This document shows positions 1-9,131 of a stretch of 64,000 nucleotides of DNA, one piece after another. The number at the start of each line of letters is the position of its first letter. Position 1 is the first letter of the stretch. Location of the stretch: positions 147,501-211,500 of the forward strand of contig CAVDSZ010000001.1 of NCBI GenBank assembly GCA_963611795.1. Reading direction: 5' to 3'. The notes beneath the pieces were generated by a model. The model saw only the letters and a list, made by a program, of their open reading frames with translations, was not told where the DNA came from and did no database searches. The DNA is from Akkermansia muciniphila. GTDB lineage: Bacteria; Bacillota; Clostridia; Oscillospirales; CAG-272. The position numbers and the translations under genes are program-made.

Positions 1-276
1 TATAACATATTCGACACCGAGGCGATTCTTAACCGACCGGCGAACGTCTCGGTCAGCGCGACCTCCGGGCTCGCGGGAATTGCTTTCTGGATTAACACCC
101 ACTACAATCTGACGGGCGACCACATGGTGACAAAGCAATCGCCGCTGGTCGAGGAGACGAAAGAAATCATTGACCGACTGTATGCGGACGGCAGAACGAC
201 CGTGATGAGCACCGATGAACTCGAAACGCTCATTGAGGAGCTGACCGCCGGGCATTTCACAAGACCGAAAGGATAA
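1..276 (+). CDS. C-terminal fragment of an isopropylmalate/homocitrate synthase-family enzyme (possible Re-citrate synthase); 5' end lies outside the window
   Basis: Frame +1 is open from the window edge to TAA 274-276 (...ELTAGHFTRPKG*). It sits directly upstream of aconitase and isocitrate dehydrogenase, the context where clostridial Re-citrate synthases occur. No catalytic motif is visible in this fragment, so the call is contextual. Confidence 0.4.
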   Translation, partial: YNIFDTEAILNRPANVSVSATSGLAGIAFWINTHYNLTGDHMVTKQSPLVEETKEIIDRLYADGRTTVMSTDELETLIEELTAGHFTRPKG

Positions 277-279
277 ACA

Positions 280-2214
280 ATGGGACTGACACTCGCACAG
301 AAGATCATCGGGAATCATCTCGTCTCGGGCACGATGCGTCCGGGGGAGGAGATTGGGCTCCGGATTGACCAGACGCTGACGCAGGATGCGACCGGCACCA
401 TGGCGTACCTGCAACTGGAAGCCATGGGCATCGAGCAGGTGAAGACCGAGCTCTCGGTCGCCTATGTCGACCATAACACTTTGCAGGCGGGGTTCGAGAA
501 CGCTGACGATCACCGCTACATACGCACGGTCGCCGCACGGCACGGAATCCGTTTTTCCCGCCCGGGAAACGGCATCTGTCACCAGGTGCATCTCGAACGC
601 TTCGGCGTGCCGGGGAAGACGATCATCGGCTCCGACAGTCATACGCCGACCGCCGGGGGGCTCTGTATGTTGGGTATGGGCGCCGGCGGACTGGACGTCG
701 CCGTGGCGATGGGCGGCGGCACCTACTATATCACTATGCCACGCATCATCGGTATTCGTCTGACGGGGCGGCTCGCCCCGTGGGTCAGCGCCAAGGACAT
801 CATTCTCGAGGTGCTGCGCCGTCTCGGCGTTAAGGGCGGCGTCGGTGCCGTCCTCGAATACTATGGCGAGGGGGTGGAGACACTTTCCGTCCCCCAGCGC
901 GCGACCGTCACCAATATGGGGGCGGAGCTCGGCGCGACGACCTCGCTGTTCCCCTCCGACGAAAGGACGCGGGAGTTCCTCGCACGCGAGGGGCGTGAGA
1001 ATGTATGGCGCGAGATTCGACCCGACGCAGACGCCGTCTATGACGAGATGCTCACGATTGATCTCTCGGCATTGGTACCGCTCGCCGCTTGTCCGCACAG
1101 CCCCGACAACGTCCGCCCCGTCTCCGAGCTTGCGGGGCTGCCGGTCGACCAGGTATGTATCGGCTCCTGCACCAACTCTTCGATGCAGGATATGCTGACG
1201 GTCGCCGCGATCCTGCGGGGCAAGACCGTCGCGCCGAATGTCTCCTTGTCCGTCTCGCCCGGCTCCCGCCAGGTGTACGCCATGCTGGCACAGACAGGGG
1301 CGCTGACCGACCTGATTGCGGCGGGCGCCCGCATTCTCGAATGCGCCTGCGGTCCCTGCATCGGCATGGGCTTCTCTCCGAACTCGGGGGGCATCTCCCT
1401 GCGGACGTTCAACCGCAATTTCGAGGCGCGGAGCGGGACGAAGGACGCGCAGGTGTATCTCGTCTCCCCCGAGGTTGCGGCGGTGAGCGCCGTCGCGGGC
1501 GTGTTCTGCAACCCGACGACCTGCGGTGCCCCTCCGCAGGTGACGCTGCCCGAGACGTTCGATCTTGACGACCGTATGATCCTCCTCCCGGCATCGCCCG
1601 AGGAGGCGCCCTCCGTCGAGGTTTTGCGGGGACCGAACATCAAGCCGATTCCCGTCGGGGTCGCCCCGGCGGAGACGCTGGCGGCGCCGCTGATCCTAAA
1701 AGTCGGCGACAATATCACGACCGATCATATTATGCCGGCAGGGGCAAGAATTCTGCCGTACCGTTCCAATGTCCCGAAGCTCTCGGAATTCTGTTTCACA
1801 GTCTGCGACCCCACGTTCCCGGAACGCGCCAAACGCGCGGGCGGGGGAATCATCGTCGGCGGTATCAACTACGGGCAGGGCTCCTCGCGGGAGCATGCCG
1901 CGCTCGTGCCGCTCTATCTCGGAATCCGCGCGGTAATCGCCAAAAGTTTCGCGCGAATCCACCGGGCGAACCTCATCAATTTCGGCATCGTGCCACTGAC
2001 GTTTATCGACCCGGCAGACGCCGATCGGCTCGCCGAGGGCGACGCCCTGCGGCTCCCCGGTTTCCGCCGCGCGATCGCGGGGGGAGAGACGGTCACGCTG
2101 CATGATGACACCACCGGGGCGGAGATTCCCCTGCGGCTCGATTTTACGGCAAGACAGCGGGAAATTCTGCTCGCCGGCGGGCTTCTCAATTTGACGAAAG
2201 AGAGGAATCTTTGA
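280..2214 (+). CDS. Aconitate hydratase (about 640-aa clostridial type)
   Basis: 644-aa ORF with AAAGGA before the ATG. Aconitase motifs are present: IIGSDSHTPTAGG, Fe-S ligand regions CIGSCTNSS and CGPCIGMG, and swivel-domain GINYGQGSSREHAAL. Confidence 0.9.
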   Translation: MGLTLAQKIIGNHLVSGTMRPGEEIGLRIDQTLTQDATGTMAYLQLEAMGIEQVKTELSVAYVDHNTLQAGFENADDHRYIRTVAARHGIRFSRPGNGICHQVHLERFGVPGKTIIGSDSHTPTAGGLCMLGMGAGGLDVAVAMGGGTYYITMPRIIGIRLTGRLAPWVSAKDIILEVLRRLGVKGGVGAVLEYYGEGVETLSVPQRATVTNMGAELGATTSLFPSDERTREFLAREGRENVWREIRPDADAVYDEMLTIDLSALVPLAACPHSPDNVRPVSELAGLPVDQVCIGSCTNSSMQDMLTVAAILRGKTVAPNVSLSVSPGSRQVYAMLAQTGALTDLIAAGARILECACGPCIGMGFSPNSGGISLRTFNRNFEARSGTKDAQVYLVSPEVAAVSAVAGVFCNPTTCGAPPQVTLPETFDLDDRMILLPASPEEAPSVEVLRGPNIKPIPVGVAPAETLAAPLILKVGDNITTDHIMPAGARILPYRSNVPKLSEFCFTVCDPTFPERAKRAGGGIIVGGINYGQGSSREHAALVPLYLGIRAVIAKSFARIHRANLINFGIVPLTFIDPADADRLAEGDALRLPGFRRAIAGGETVTLHDDTTGAEIPLRLDFTARQREILLAGGLLNLTKERNL

Positions 2215-2217
2215 CGC

Positions 2218-3384
2218 ATGGACTATACGAAAGAACTGGATATTGCCTGTGAAAAATTCCGACGCATCATGGAGGGACAGCTCCGCCGCGTCGAGGAGAT
2301 GAAGGCGCAGGGGGATTTTGTCGATTACGGGGCGCTCGATACGCTCCGTATCGGCGTGTGCGGCGGCGACGGCATCGGACCCGTCATTACCCGCGAGGCG
2401 CAGCGCGTCCTACACGCGATTCTCGCGGACGAGGTGGCGGCAGGAAAAGTCGAATTCGTCCCGATCGACGGGCTGACGCTTGAACATCGTATCGAGGCGA
2501 TGCAGGCAATCCCCGACGACGTGATGGCACAGCTCAAATCCTGCCATGTGATTCTCAAGGGCCCTACCACTACGCCGCAGAAGGGCAGCGGTCTGCCGAA
2601 CATCGAGAGCGCCAACGTCGCGATGCGGAAAGCCCTCGACCTGTTCGCCAATATCCGCCCCGTGAAGGTGCCCGCCGAGGGCATTCACTGGACAATCTTC
2701 CGCGAGAACACGGAGGGCGGCTACGCCGTCGGGAGCAGCGGATTCAACGTGACGGACGACCTTGCCATGGATTTTGTCGTGACGACGAAACAGGGCTCCG
2801 AGCGCATTGCCCGTATTGCCTATGATTACGCGCGGCGGAACGGCTTCACGCGTGTCTCGCTCGTCACCAAGGCGAATATCGTCAAGACGACGGACGGCAA
2901 TTTTCTCGAGGATTGCCACCGCGTAGCGGCGCTTTATCCAGAAATCGCCACCGACGAATGGTATGCCGACATTATGACGGCGAAACTCGTCGACGAGAAA
3001 CGCCGCCGTGACTTCCAGGTGCTCCTGCTCCCGAACCTCTACGGCGATATCATTTCCGATGAGGCGGCGGAGTTCCAGGGCGGTGTCGGCACGGCGGGCT
3101 GTGCCAATATCGGCAAAAAATACGCCATGTTCGAGGCGATTCACGGCTCGGCACCCCGCATGATTGCCGAGGGGCGCGGCAAGTACGCCGACCCCTGCTC
3201 GATGCTCCGTGCCTGCGTCATGCTGCTCTCGCACATCGGGAAACAGGAGAAAGCCGACCGCCTCGAGCGCGCACTCGACATCTGTTGTTTTGAGGAGCGG
3301 CGTCTGACCGTGACCGGGCGGGACACGGGCGCGACCTGCGAGGACTTCGGCAACTACGTCATGGAGACGCTCGCGCGGCTCTGA
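2218..3384 (+). CDS. icd: Isocitrate dehydrogenase (isocitrate/isopropylmalate dehydrogenase family)
   Basis: 388-aa ORF starting 3 nt after the aconitase stop. Family signature NLYGDIISDEAAEFQGGVGTAGCANIG is present. Substrate is inferred from the aconitase neighbour. Confidence 0.8.
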   Translation: MDYTKELDIACEKFRRIMEGQLRRVEEMKAQGDFVDYGALDTLRIGVCGGDGIGPVITREAQRVLHAILADEVAAGKVEFVPIDGLTLEHRIEAMQAIPDDVMAQLKSCHVILKGPTTTPQKGSGLPNIESANVAMRKALDLFANIRPVKVPAEGIHWTIFRENTEGGYAVGSSGFNVTDDLAMDFVVTTKQGSERIARIAYDYARRNGFTRVSLVTKANIVKTTDGNFLEDCHRVAALYPEIATDEWYADIMTAKLVDEKRRRDFQVLLLPNLYGDIISDEAAEFQGGVGTAGCANIGKKYAMFEAIHGSAPRMIAEGRGKYADPCSMLRACVMLLSHIGKQEKADRLERALDICCFEERRLTVTGRDTGATCEDFGNYVMETLARL

Positions 3385-3426
3385 CCCGGAGCCGGAGGGT
3401 TCCTGCTCAAAAACAAATCAAAAAGC

Positions 3427-3458
3427 AAGGCGGAGCCGCAAAACAACGGCTCCGCCTT
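3427..3458. terminator. Bidirectional intrinsic terminator between icd (+) and aroK (-)
   Basis: 12-bp perfect stem AAGGCGGAGCCG / CGGCTCCGCCTT with an 8-nt loop. It is flanked by an A-rich tract on the left (U-run for the minus strand) and TTGTCATATTT on the right. Confidence 0.75.
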
Positions 3459-3474
3459 GTCATATTTGAGAGGT

Positions 3475-3615
3475 GCGGCGAAAAACGGGAGAGGGGATTT
3501 CATCGTGGCTGGGGCGAAAAAGTGGGAAAGCGAAAAAACGGGAGAGGAAACTCCGCCGTGGTAGGGGCGAAAAACGGGAAATCGAACAACGAGACGCGAA
3601 AAAGCGGGGACGCCT
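3475..3615. repeat. Array of five degenerate GCGAAAAA(N)(N)GGGA motifs in the aroK-distal intergenic/3' region
   Basis: Copies have A-tracts starting near 3481, 3517, 3533, 3570 and 3599 (gcgaaaaacggga, gcgaaaaagtggga, gcgaaaaaacggga, gcgaaaaacggga, gcgaaaaagcgggga). Spacing is irregular. Confidence 0.6.
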
Positions 3616-3625
3616 CGGCAGTGCG

Positions 3626-4123
3626 TTACAGTCCGAGCGCCGCGAGCATGGCTTTGAGTGCCCCGGCGGTGTCCAGCCCCGTGAGGTCGGCGGTGGCGTC
3701 CGCCCACTGTTCGTAGAGACGCGTGCGCTCCCGATAGAGCGCCCGAATGTCGGTGCAGCCGTGGAGAATGACGCCGCGGCGGTGGAGGTCGCCGACGCGC
3801 GATACAACTTCCTCTTCGCTGACTTTCAGATAGAGGACGGTGCCGATTGACGCGAGGTGCCGCATTCCTTCGTCGGAGTAAACGGCGCTCCCGCCCGTGG
3901 CGATGACGGCGTTCTCCGCCTCGACGCGCGCGAGCAGTGCCCCCTCACGGGCAAGGAACGCGTCCTCGCCCTCGCGGTCGATGAGTGCCTCAAGGCTCGC
4001 GCCCCCCTCTTTCTGAATGAGCAGGTCGGTGTCGATGAAATTCATGACGCATTTTTTCGCGAGAAGCACGCCCACCGTACTTTTCCCTGCAGAGGGCATA
4101 CCGATTAACACAATATTTTTCAA
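3626..4123 (-). CDS. aroK: Shikimate kinase
   Basis: Walker A GMPSAGKST and the shikimate kinase fold. The track ORF extends to 4405 without an SD. TTG at 4121-4123 preceded by GGAGC gives a normal 165-aa protein starting LKNIVLIGMPSAGKS. Confidence 0.85.
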   Translation of the reverse strand: MKNIVLIGMPSAGKSTVGVLLAKKCVMNFIDTDLLIQKEGGASLEALIDREGEDAFLAREGALLARVEAENAVIATGGSAVYSDEGMRHLASIGTVLYLKVSEEEVVSRVGDLHRRGVILHGCTDIRALYRERTRLYEQWADATADLTGLDTAGALKAMLAALGL

Positions 4124-4328
4124 AAGAAAGCTCCTGACCGCGCCGCGCGGGCGCCAAAAATCCGAGTGCCGTGCGGGAAAAAATGTGCGCCGCGGCAAAT
4201 CTTTCGGTGAAATCTCTTTCATCTTACTATAAAATCGCGCGCCTGTAAAGGGCGCGTTATCTTTTGCATAAAAAAAGCCGTTTCCTCGCAAGATAAAATC
4301 ATCAATACAACGGAAAGCGTGGAGAAAT

Positions 4329-5354
4329 ATGAAACGGGATTTTATTGATACCAACGATTTTACCAAAGAGGAAATTCTCGATATTGCGGAGCTGTCGCTC
4401 GCCATTAAGCGGTCAATCCGCGCGGGGTATTACCCGCAGTTTATGAAGGACATGACGCTGGCGATGATCTTCCAGCAGTCCTCGACGCGTACCCGCGTCT
4501 CCTTTGAGACCGCCATGAGCCAAATGGGCGGGCACGCCCAGTATCTCGGCCCCGGCATGATTCAGCTCGGCGGGCATGAGACGATTGGGGACACGGGCAG
4601 AGTTCTTTCTTACCTTGTGGATATAGTCATGGCGCGCGTCATTGAGCACAAGACCGTCGTCGAACTCGCCGAGGCGTGCTCGGTGCCGGTGCTGAACGGT
4701 ATGTCGGACTACAACCACCCGACGCAGGAAATCGGCGACCTCTGCACCATTCTCGAGAATCTGCCGCGCGGCAAGCGCCTTGAAGACTGCAAGGTGGTAT
4801 TCGTCGGCGATGGCACGCAGGTCTGTGCGTCGCTCGGATTCCTCACGACCAAGCTCGGTATGCACTTCGTCCATTACGGTCCCCGCGGGTACCAGCTCGG
4901 CGAGGAGCACAAGCGCATTATGGAGGAGAACTGCCGCATCTCGGGCGGTACCTTCGAGGTCACGGACAAGCGCGACAGCGTGCGCGGCGCCGACTTCATC
5001 TACACCGACGTGTGGTACGGGCTGTACGAGAACGAGATGCCGAAAGAAGAGCGTGTGCGCGTATTCCACGACTATCAGGTCAACCGCGAACTCATGGAGC
5101 TCGGGAATATTGGGTGCAAGTTCATGCACTGCCTGCCCGCGACCCGCGGGGAGGACGTCACCGACGAGGTGCTGGACTCCGATGCGTCGCTCTGCTGGGA
5201 GGAGGCGGGGAACCGCCTGACCGCGATGCGCGGGCTGCTCGTCTACCTGACGCACGACCGCAAGAAACCGAGCGGCGGCGTCCTCGCTGCCGCCAAGGAA
5301 GAGCTCGACGCTTTCATGGAAGCGCGCATCGACAAGAAGAAAAAATCCGAATAA
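4329..5354 (+). CDS. ptcA: Putrescine carbamoyltransferase (agmatine deiminase pathway)
   Basis: Transcarbamylase motifs [14 protein letters not shown] and [10 protein letters not shown]. From memory the N-terminus and overall sequence closely track Enterococcus faecalis PTCase. It is followed by an antiporter, agmatine deiminase and carbamate kinase. Confidence 0.85.
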   Translation: MKRDFIDTNDFTKEEILDIAELSLAIKRSIRAGYYPQFMKDMTLAMIFQQSSTRTRVSFETAMSQMGGHAQYLGPGMIQLGGHETIGDTGRVLSYLVDIVMARVIEHKTVVELAEACSVPVLNGMSDYNHPTQEIGDLCTILENLPRGKRLEDCKVVFVGDGTQVCASLGFLTTKLGMHFVHYGPRGYQLGEEHKRIMEENCRISGGTFEVTDKRDSVRGADFIYTDVWYGLYENEMPKEERVRVFHDYQVNRELMELGNIGCKFMHCLPATRGEDVTDEVLDSDASLCWEEAGNRLTAMRGLLVYLTHDRKKPSGGVLAAAKEELDAFMEARIDKKKKSE

Positions 5355-5406
5355 TAACAAACGGGGCGGTGCCAAGAAAATCGGCACCGCCCGGAGGGGA
5401 TAGACA

Positions 5407-6801
5407 ATGGAAAAGAAAACAAAAAAGTTTCATCTCGCGTCGGTGATTCTGTCGGTCATCTGCGTGGTCTTCGTGGTGGAGGCGGCGGCGCCCGTCGCAT
5501 CTATCGGGAACAGCCAGTATTTCTGGTGGATCTTTATGATGCTCCTGTTCCTTTTGCCGTACGGCATGATTGCGGCGGAGCTCGGTACGACCTACATCGG
5601 GGACGGCGGGCTTTACGACTGGGTGAATACCGCGTACCCTACGACCAAGTGGGGCGCGCGTGTTGCGTGGTACTACTGGATTAACTTTCCGCTCTGGATG
5701 GCGTCGCTCGCCGTCATCTGTCCGCGCCTGCTCGGCACCATGTTCGGGTGGAACCCGTCGCCGTTTGTCTCGCTCCTCTTTGAACTTGCGTTCATCTGGA
5801 TTGTGACGATTGTCGCGTTCTTCCCGATCTGCGACAGCATCTGGATTCTGAATCTCAGCGCCGCCGTCAAGGTCGTGCTCGCGCTCGCCGTCGGCGGGCT
5901 CGGCGTGTGGTACGTTACCCGTCACGGCTTCGCGAACGCCGGGGGCTTTGTGACCTATCTGCCGTCCTTCCGCCCCGCGAGCCTTTCCTATATCTCGGTC
6001 ATCATCTTTAACTTCCTCGGCTTCGAGGTGGTCTGCACCTACGCCGATAACATGACGAAACCGAAACGGCAGATTCCGCAGGCAATCGTCGCCGGCGGTG
6101 TCGCCATCGCAGTCATTTATCTCTTCTCCGCGTTCGGCATCGGCGCCGCCGTGCCGAACGACAGCATTAACACGGACACGGGGCTCGTCGACGCGGTGTC
6201 GCTCATCACGGGGCGCACCGGCGGGTTCCTCGTCGGGCTGGTGGCATTCCTCTTCCTCATCACGCTGTTCGGGAACATGATTTCCTGGTCCATGGGGGTC
6301 AACTCGACCGCCGCCTACGCCGCTGATCACGGCGATATGCCGTGCGCGTTCTCGCTCCGCTGGGAGAAGAACGGTATGCCGATCGGCGCCGCGCTGACCT
6401 CCGGTATTGTGGCGAGCGTCGTGTGCCTCGCCGGGGTGCTGATGGAGGTGCTCGCGCCCGAGTCCTCACTCTTCTGGAGCTTCTTCGCGCTCAATCTCGT
6501 GATGCTCCTCCTCTCGTATATCCCTGTTTTCCCGTCGTTTCTGCGCCTTCGGAAGACCGACCCCGAGAGGGAGCGTCCGTTCCGCGTACCCGGCGGGCAA
6601 AAGACCGCCGCATGGATTGCGTATGTGCCGATGGCGCTGACCATTCTCTCGGTGTTCTTTACCGCGATCCCGCTCTCCTTTGACCGGGAGACGCTCGCGT
6701 CGTTCCTCCCCATTACGATTGGCTCGATACTCGCTGTCGTGATTGGTGAAATTCTCATCCGGCTCCGCGCCGGTCGTGCGTCTGCCAAAGAGACAGACTG
6801 A
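5407..6801 (+). CDS. aguD: APC-family amino acid permease, probable agmatine:putrescine antiporter
   Basis: 464-aa polytopic membrane protein lying between ptcA and aguA. GGAGGGGA SD precedes the start. Substrate is assigned from operon context. Confidence 0.7.
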   Translation: MEKKTKKFHLASVILSVICVVFVVEAAAPVASIGNSQYFWWIFMMLLFLLPYGMIAAELGTTYIGDGGLYDWVNTAYPTTKWGARVAWYYWINFPLWMASLAVICPRLLGTMFGWNPSPFVSLLFELAFIWIVTIVAFFPICDSIWILNLSAAVKVVLALAVGGLGVWYVTRHGFANAGGFVTYLPSFRPASLSYISVIIFNFLGFEVVCTYADNMTKPKRQIPQAIVAGGVAIAVIYLFSAFGIGAAVPNDSINTDTGLVDAVSLITGRTGGFLVGLVAFLFLITLFGNMISWSMGVNSTAAYAADHGDMPCAFSLRWEKNGMPIGAALTSGIVASVVCLAGVLMEVLAPESSLFWSFFALNLVMLLLSYIPVFPSFLRLRKTDPERERPFRVPGGQKTAAWIAYVPMALTILSVFFTAIPLSFDRETLASFLPITIGSILAVVIGEILIRLRAGRASAKETD

Positions 6802-6812
6802 AAGGAATCATT

Positions 6813-7922
6813 ATGGCAAAACGAATCATCGGCACAACGCCGAAACAGGACGGCTATCGTATGCCGGCGGAATACGAAAAACAGGCAGGGGTGTGGATGC
6901 TCTGGCCCGAGCGCCCGGACAACTGGCGGCAGGGCGCCAAACCCGCGCAGGAGGCGTTCGCCAACGTCGCACGCGCCATTCTGCCGTTTGAGCGCGTGAC
7001 GGTGGGCGTCTCGCCCGCCCAGTATCAGAACGCCCGCGCCAAACTCCCGCCTGAGGTGCGCGTCGTGGAATTGCAGAGCGACGACGCATGGGTGCGCGAC
7101 TGCGGTCCGACCTTCCTCATCAACGACCGCGGCGGTCTCCGCGCCGCAGACTGGACGTTCAACGCATGGGGCGGTCTTTACGACGGACTGTACTTCCCCT
7201 GGGCGTATGACGACCAGATTGCACAGAAAATCTGCGAGATTGAAGGGGTGGACTCCTACCGTACCGAGGGCTTTGTCCTCGAGGGCGGCTCCATTCACGT
7301 GGACGGGGAGGGAACCGTTATGACGACGGAGATGTGCCTGCTCTCGCCCGGCCGTAACCCCGATAGGAATCAAGAAGAGATTGAAAAAATGCTCCTCGAT
7401 TACCTCGGGTGCGAAAAGGTCATCTGGCTGAAAGACGGCATCGACCCCGACGAGACGAACGGGCACATCGACGACGTGGCTTGTTTCGTGCGCCCCGGGG
7501 AGGTCGCCTGTATCTGGACGGAGGACAAAGAGAATCCGTTCTATGAGGCGGCACAGACGGCATACCGTACGCTCTCGGAGGCGACGGACGCCAAGGGGCG
7601 CCGCCTGAAGGTGCACAAACTGTGCCTGACGAAAAAGCCGTGCCTACTCGAGGGCGCGGAAACCATTGACTATGCCGAGGGGAGCATCCCGCGCAGGAAT
7701 GGGGAAGTCAGTATTGCCTCCTATATGAACTTCCTCATCGTCAACGGGGCGGTCATTCTGCCGCAGTACGGCGACGAGAACGACGCGCTCGCCCGCGAGC
7801 AGGTGCAGGCGATGTTCCCCGATCGGAAGGTGGTTGGCGTCATGACGCGCGAGGTCGCGTTCGGCGGCGGGAATATTCACTGCATCACCCAGCAGGTGCC
7901 CGACCCCGAGGGGGGACGCTGA
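6813..7922 (+). CDS. aguA: Agmatine deiminase
   Basis: 369 aa with the guanidino-modifying fold. C-terminal catalytic motif GGGNIHCITQQ, plus WVRDCGPTF and EGGSIHVDGEGT. Confidence 0.9.
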   Translation: MAKRIIGTTPKQDGYRMPAEYEKQAGVWMLWPERPDNWRQGAKPAQEAFANVARAILPFERVTVGVSPAQYQNARAKLPPEVRVVELQSDDAWVRDCGPTFLINDRGGLRAADWTFNAWGGLYDGLYFPWAYDDQIAQKICEIEGVDSYRTEGFVLEGGSIHVDGEGTVMTTEMCLLSPGRNPDRNQEEIEKMLLDYLGCEKVIWLKDGIDPDETNGHIDDVACFVRPGEVACIWTEDKENPFYEAAQTAYRTLSEATDAKGRRLKVHKLCLTKKPCLLEGAETIDYAEGSIPRRNGEVSIASYMNFLIVNGAVILPQYGDENDALAREQVQAMFPDRKVVGVMTREVAFGGGNIHCITQQVPDPEGGR

Positions 7923-7923
7923 A

Positions 7924-8865
7924 ATGGCACGAATCGTGGTGGCACTCGGGGGGAACGCCCTCGGGAATAATCCGCAGGAACAGGCGGAGCGTGTCCGCGT
8001 CGCCGCGGCGTCGCTCGTGCGCCTGATCGAAGAGGGGAATGAGATCGTCGTCAGCCACGGGAACGGTCCGCAGGTCGGCATGATCCGACTCGCCTTTGAC
8101 CGCGCGAGCGCGGACGGCAAGGGCGGCGTCGCCAAAATGCCGCTCGAAATCTGCACGGCGATGAGCCAGGGCTATATCGGGTATCAACTCGAGGCGGGCT
8201 TAAAACAGGCGCTCGCCGAGCGGCGCCTGCCGTGGCAGGTGGCGACGGTGCTGACGCAGGTGACGGTCTCCCGGGACGACCCCGCATTCGGGAACCCGAC
8301 GAAACCGATCGGGGCATTCTATGACGAGGAGACTGCCCGTCGCATGATGAAAGAGGTGCCGGGGCTTCTCATGCGTGAGGACGCGGGACGTGGCTGGCGA
8401 CAGGTGGTGCCGTCGCCGAAGCCGCAGGAAATCATCGAGGATCAGGCAATCCGCGCCCTGCTCGAAAAGGAGTTTGTCGTCGTCGCCTGCGGCGGTGGGG
8501 GCATTCCCGTCGTGCGCGGGCAGGGCGGGAACCTCACGGGCGTGGAGGCGGTCATCGACAAGGATTTCGCATCGGCGAAGCTCGCCGAGGTGGTCGGGGC
8601 GGACTGCCTCCTAATCCTCACGGCGGTCGAACACGTCTGCATCGGTTACGGCAGAGCCGACGAGAGGGAACTCTCGCACATGACGGTCGCAGAGGCGACG
8701 GCGCACATCGCGGCGGGGGAATTTGCCCCCGGTTCCATGCTCCCGAAGGTGGAGGCGGCAGTCGCTTTTGCACGCGGGGGCGCGGGGCGCCGCGCCGTGA
8801 TTGCCTCGCTCGATTACGCGCTCGATGCCGTGCGCGGCAAGAGCGGCACGACGGTGACGCTTTAA
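7924..8865 (+). CDS. arcC: Carbamate kinase
   Basis: 313 aa beginning MARIVVALGGNAL, with HGNGPQVG and the carbamate kinase family layout. It starts 1 nt after the aguA stop. Confidence 0.9.
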   Translation: MARIVVALGGNALGNNPQEQAERVRVAAASLVRLIEEGNEIVVSHGNGPQVGMIRLAFDRASADGKGGVAKMPLEICTAMSQGYIGYQLEAGLKQALAERRLPWQVATVLTQVTVSRDDPAFGNPTKPIGAFYDEETARRMMKEVPGLLMREDAGRGWRQVVPSPKPQEIIEDQAIRALLEKEFVVVACGGGGIPVVRGQGGNLTGVEAVIDKDFASAKLAEVVGADCLLILTAVEHVCIGYGRADERELSHMTVAEATAHIAAGEFAPGSMLPKVEAAVAFARGGAGRRAVIASLDYALDAVRGKSGTTVTL

Positions 8866-8880
8866 GAAATCTGATACGGT

Positions 8881-8907
8881 GGGTCGGGACTTCTCCGACC
8901 CGCTTTT
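8881..8907 (+). terminator. Intrinsic terminator of the agmatine deiminase operon
   Basis: Stem GGGTCGG(G)A / TCCGACCC followed by GCTTTTCGGTTT. Confidence 0.7.
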
Positions 8908-9131
8908 CGGTTTCCCCGAGCCGCACGGTCGGATTTTGTCAAAAAACGCAAGAAGTTTACATTCTTTGAGTTGAACGAAATATGTAAAGATATATAATGG
9001 ACAGGCATATGTGCGCAGAAACGTCGGATTCTGTCGTGAACGGCGGGGAACAGACGGGCACACGGGCAGACCACGGTGGCACCCGCTGTCACCGATGCCA
9101 ATACAGCCGACGCGGGAACGGGGAGCGCACG

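Noticed and set aside
3473-3850. Lys/Arg-rich ORFs (3473..3850 and 3522..3716), considered as possible small basic proteins.
   Set aside because: They are translations of the A-tract motif array, they overlap the aroK 3' end antisense, and they have no SD.
8908-9131. Possible c-di-GMP riboswitch in the roughly 130-nt leader of the GGDEF pseudogene.
   Set aside because: Only scattered short matches (GGGCAC, CCGAC) were found. I could not align either the GEMM-I or GEMM-II conserved cores by eye. An Infernal scan would be needed before any claim.
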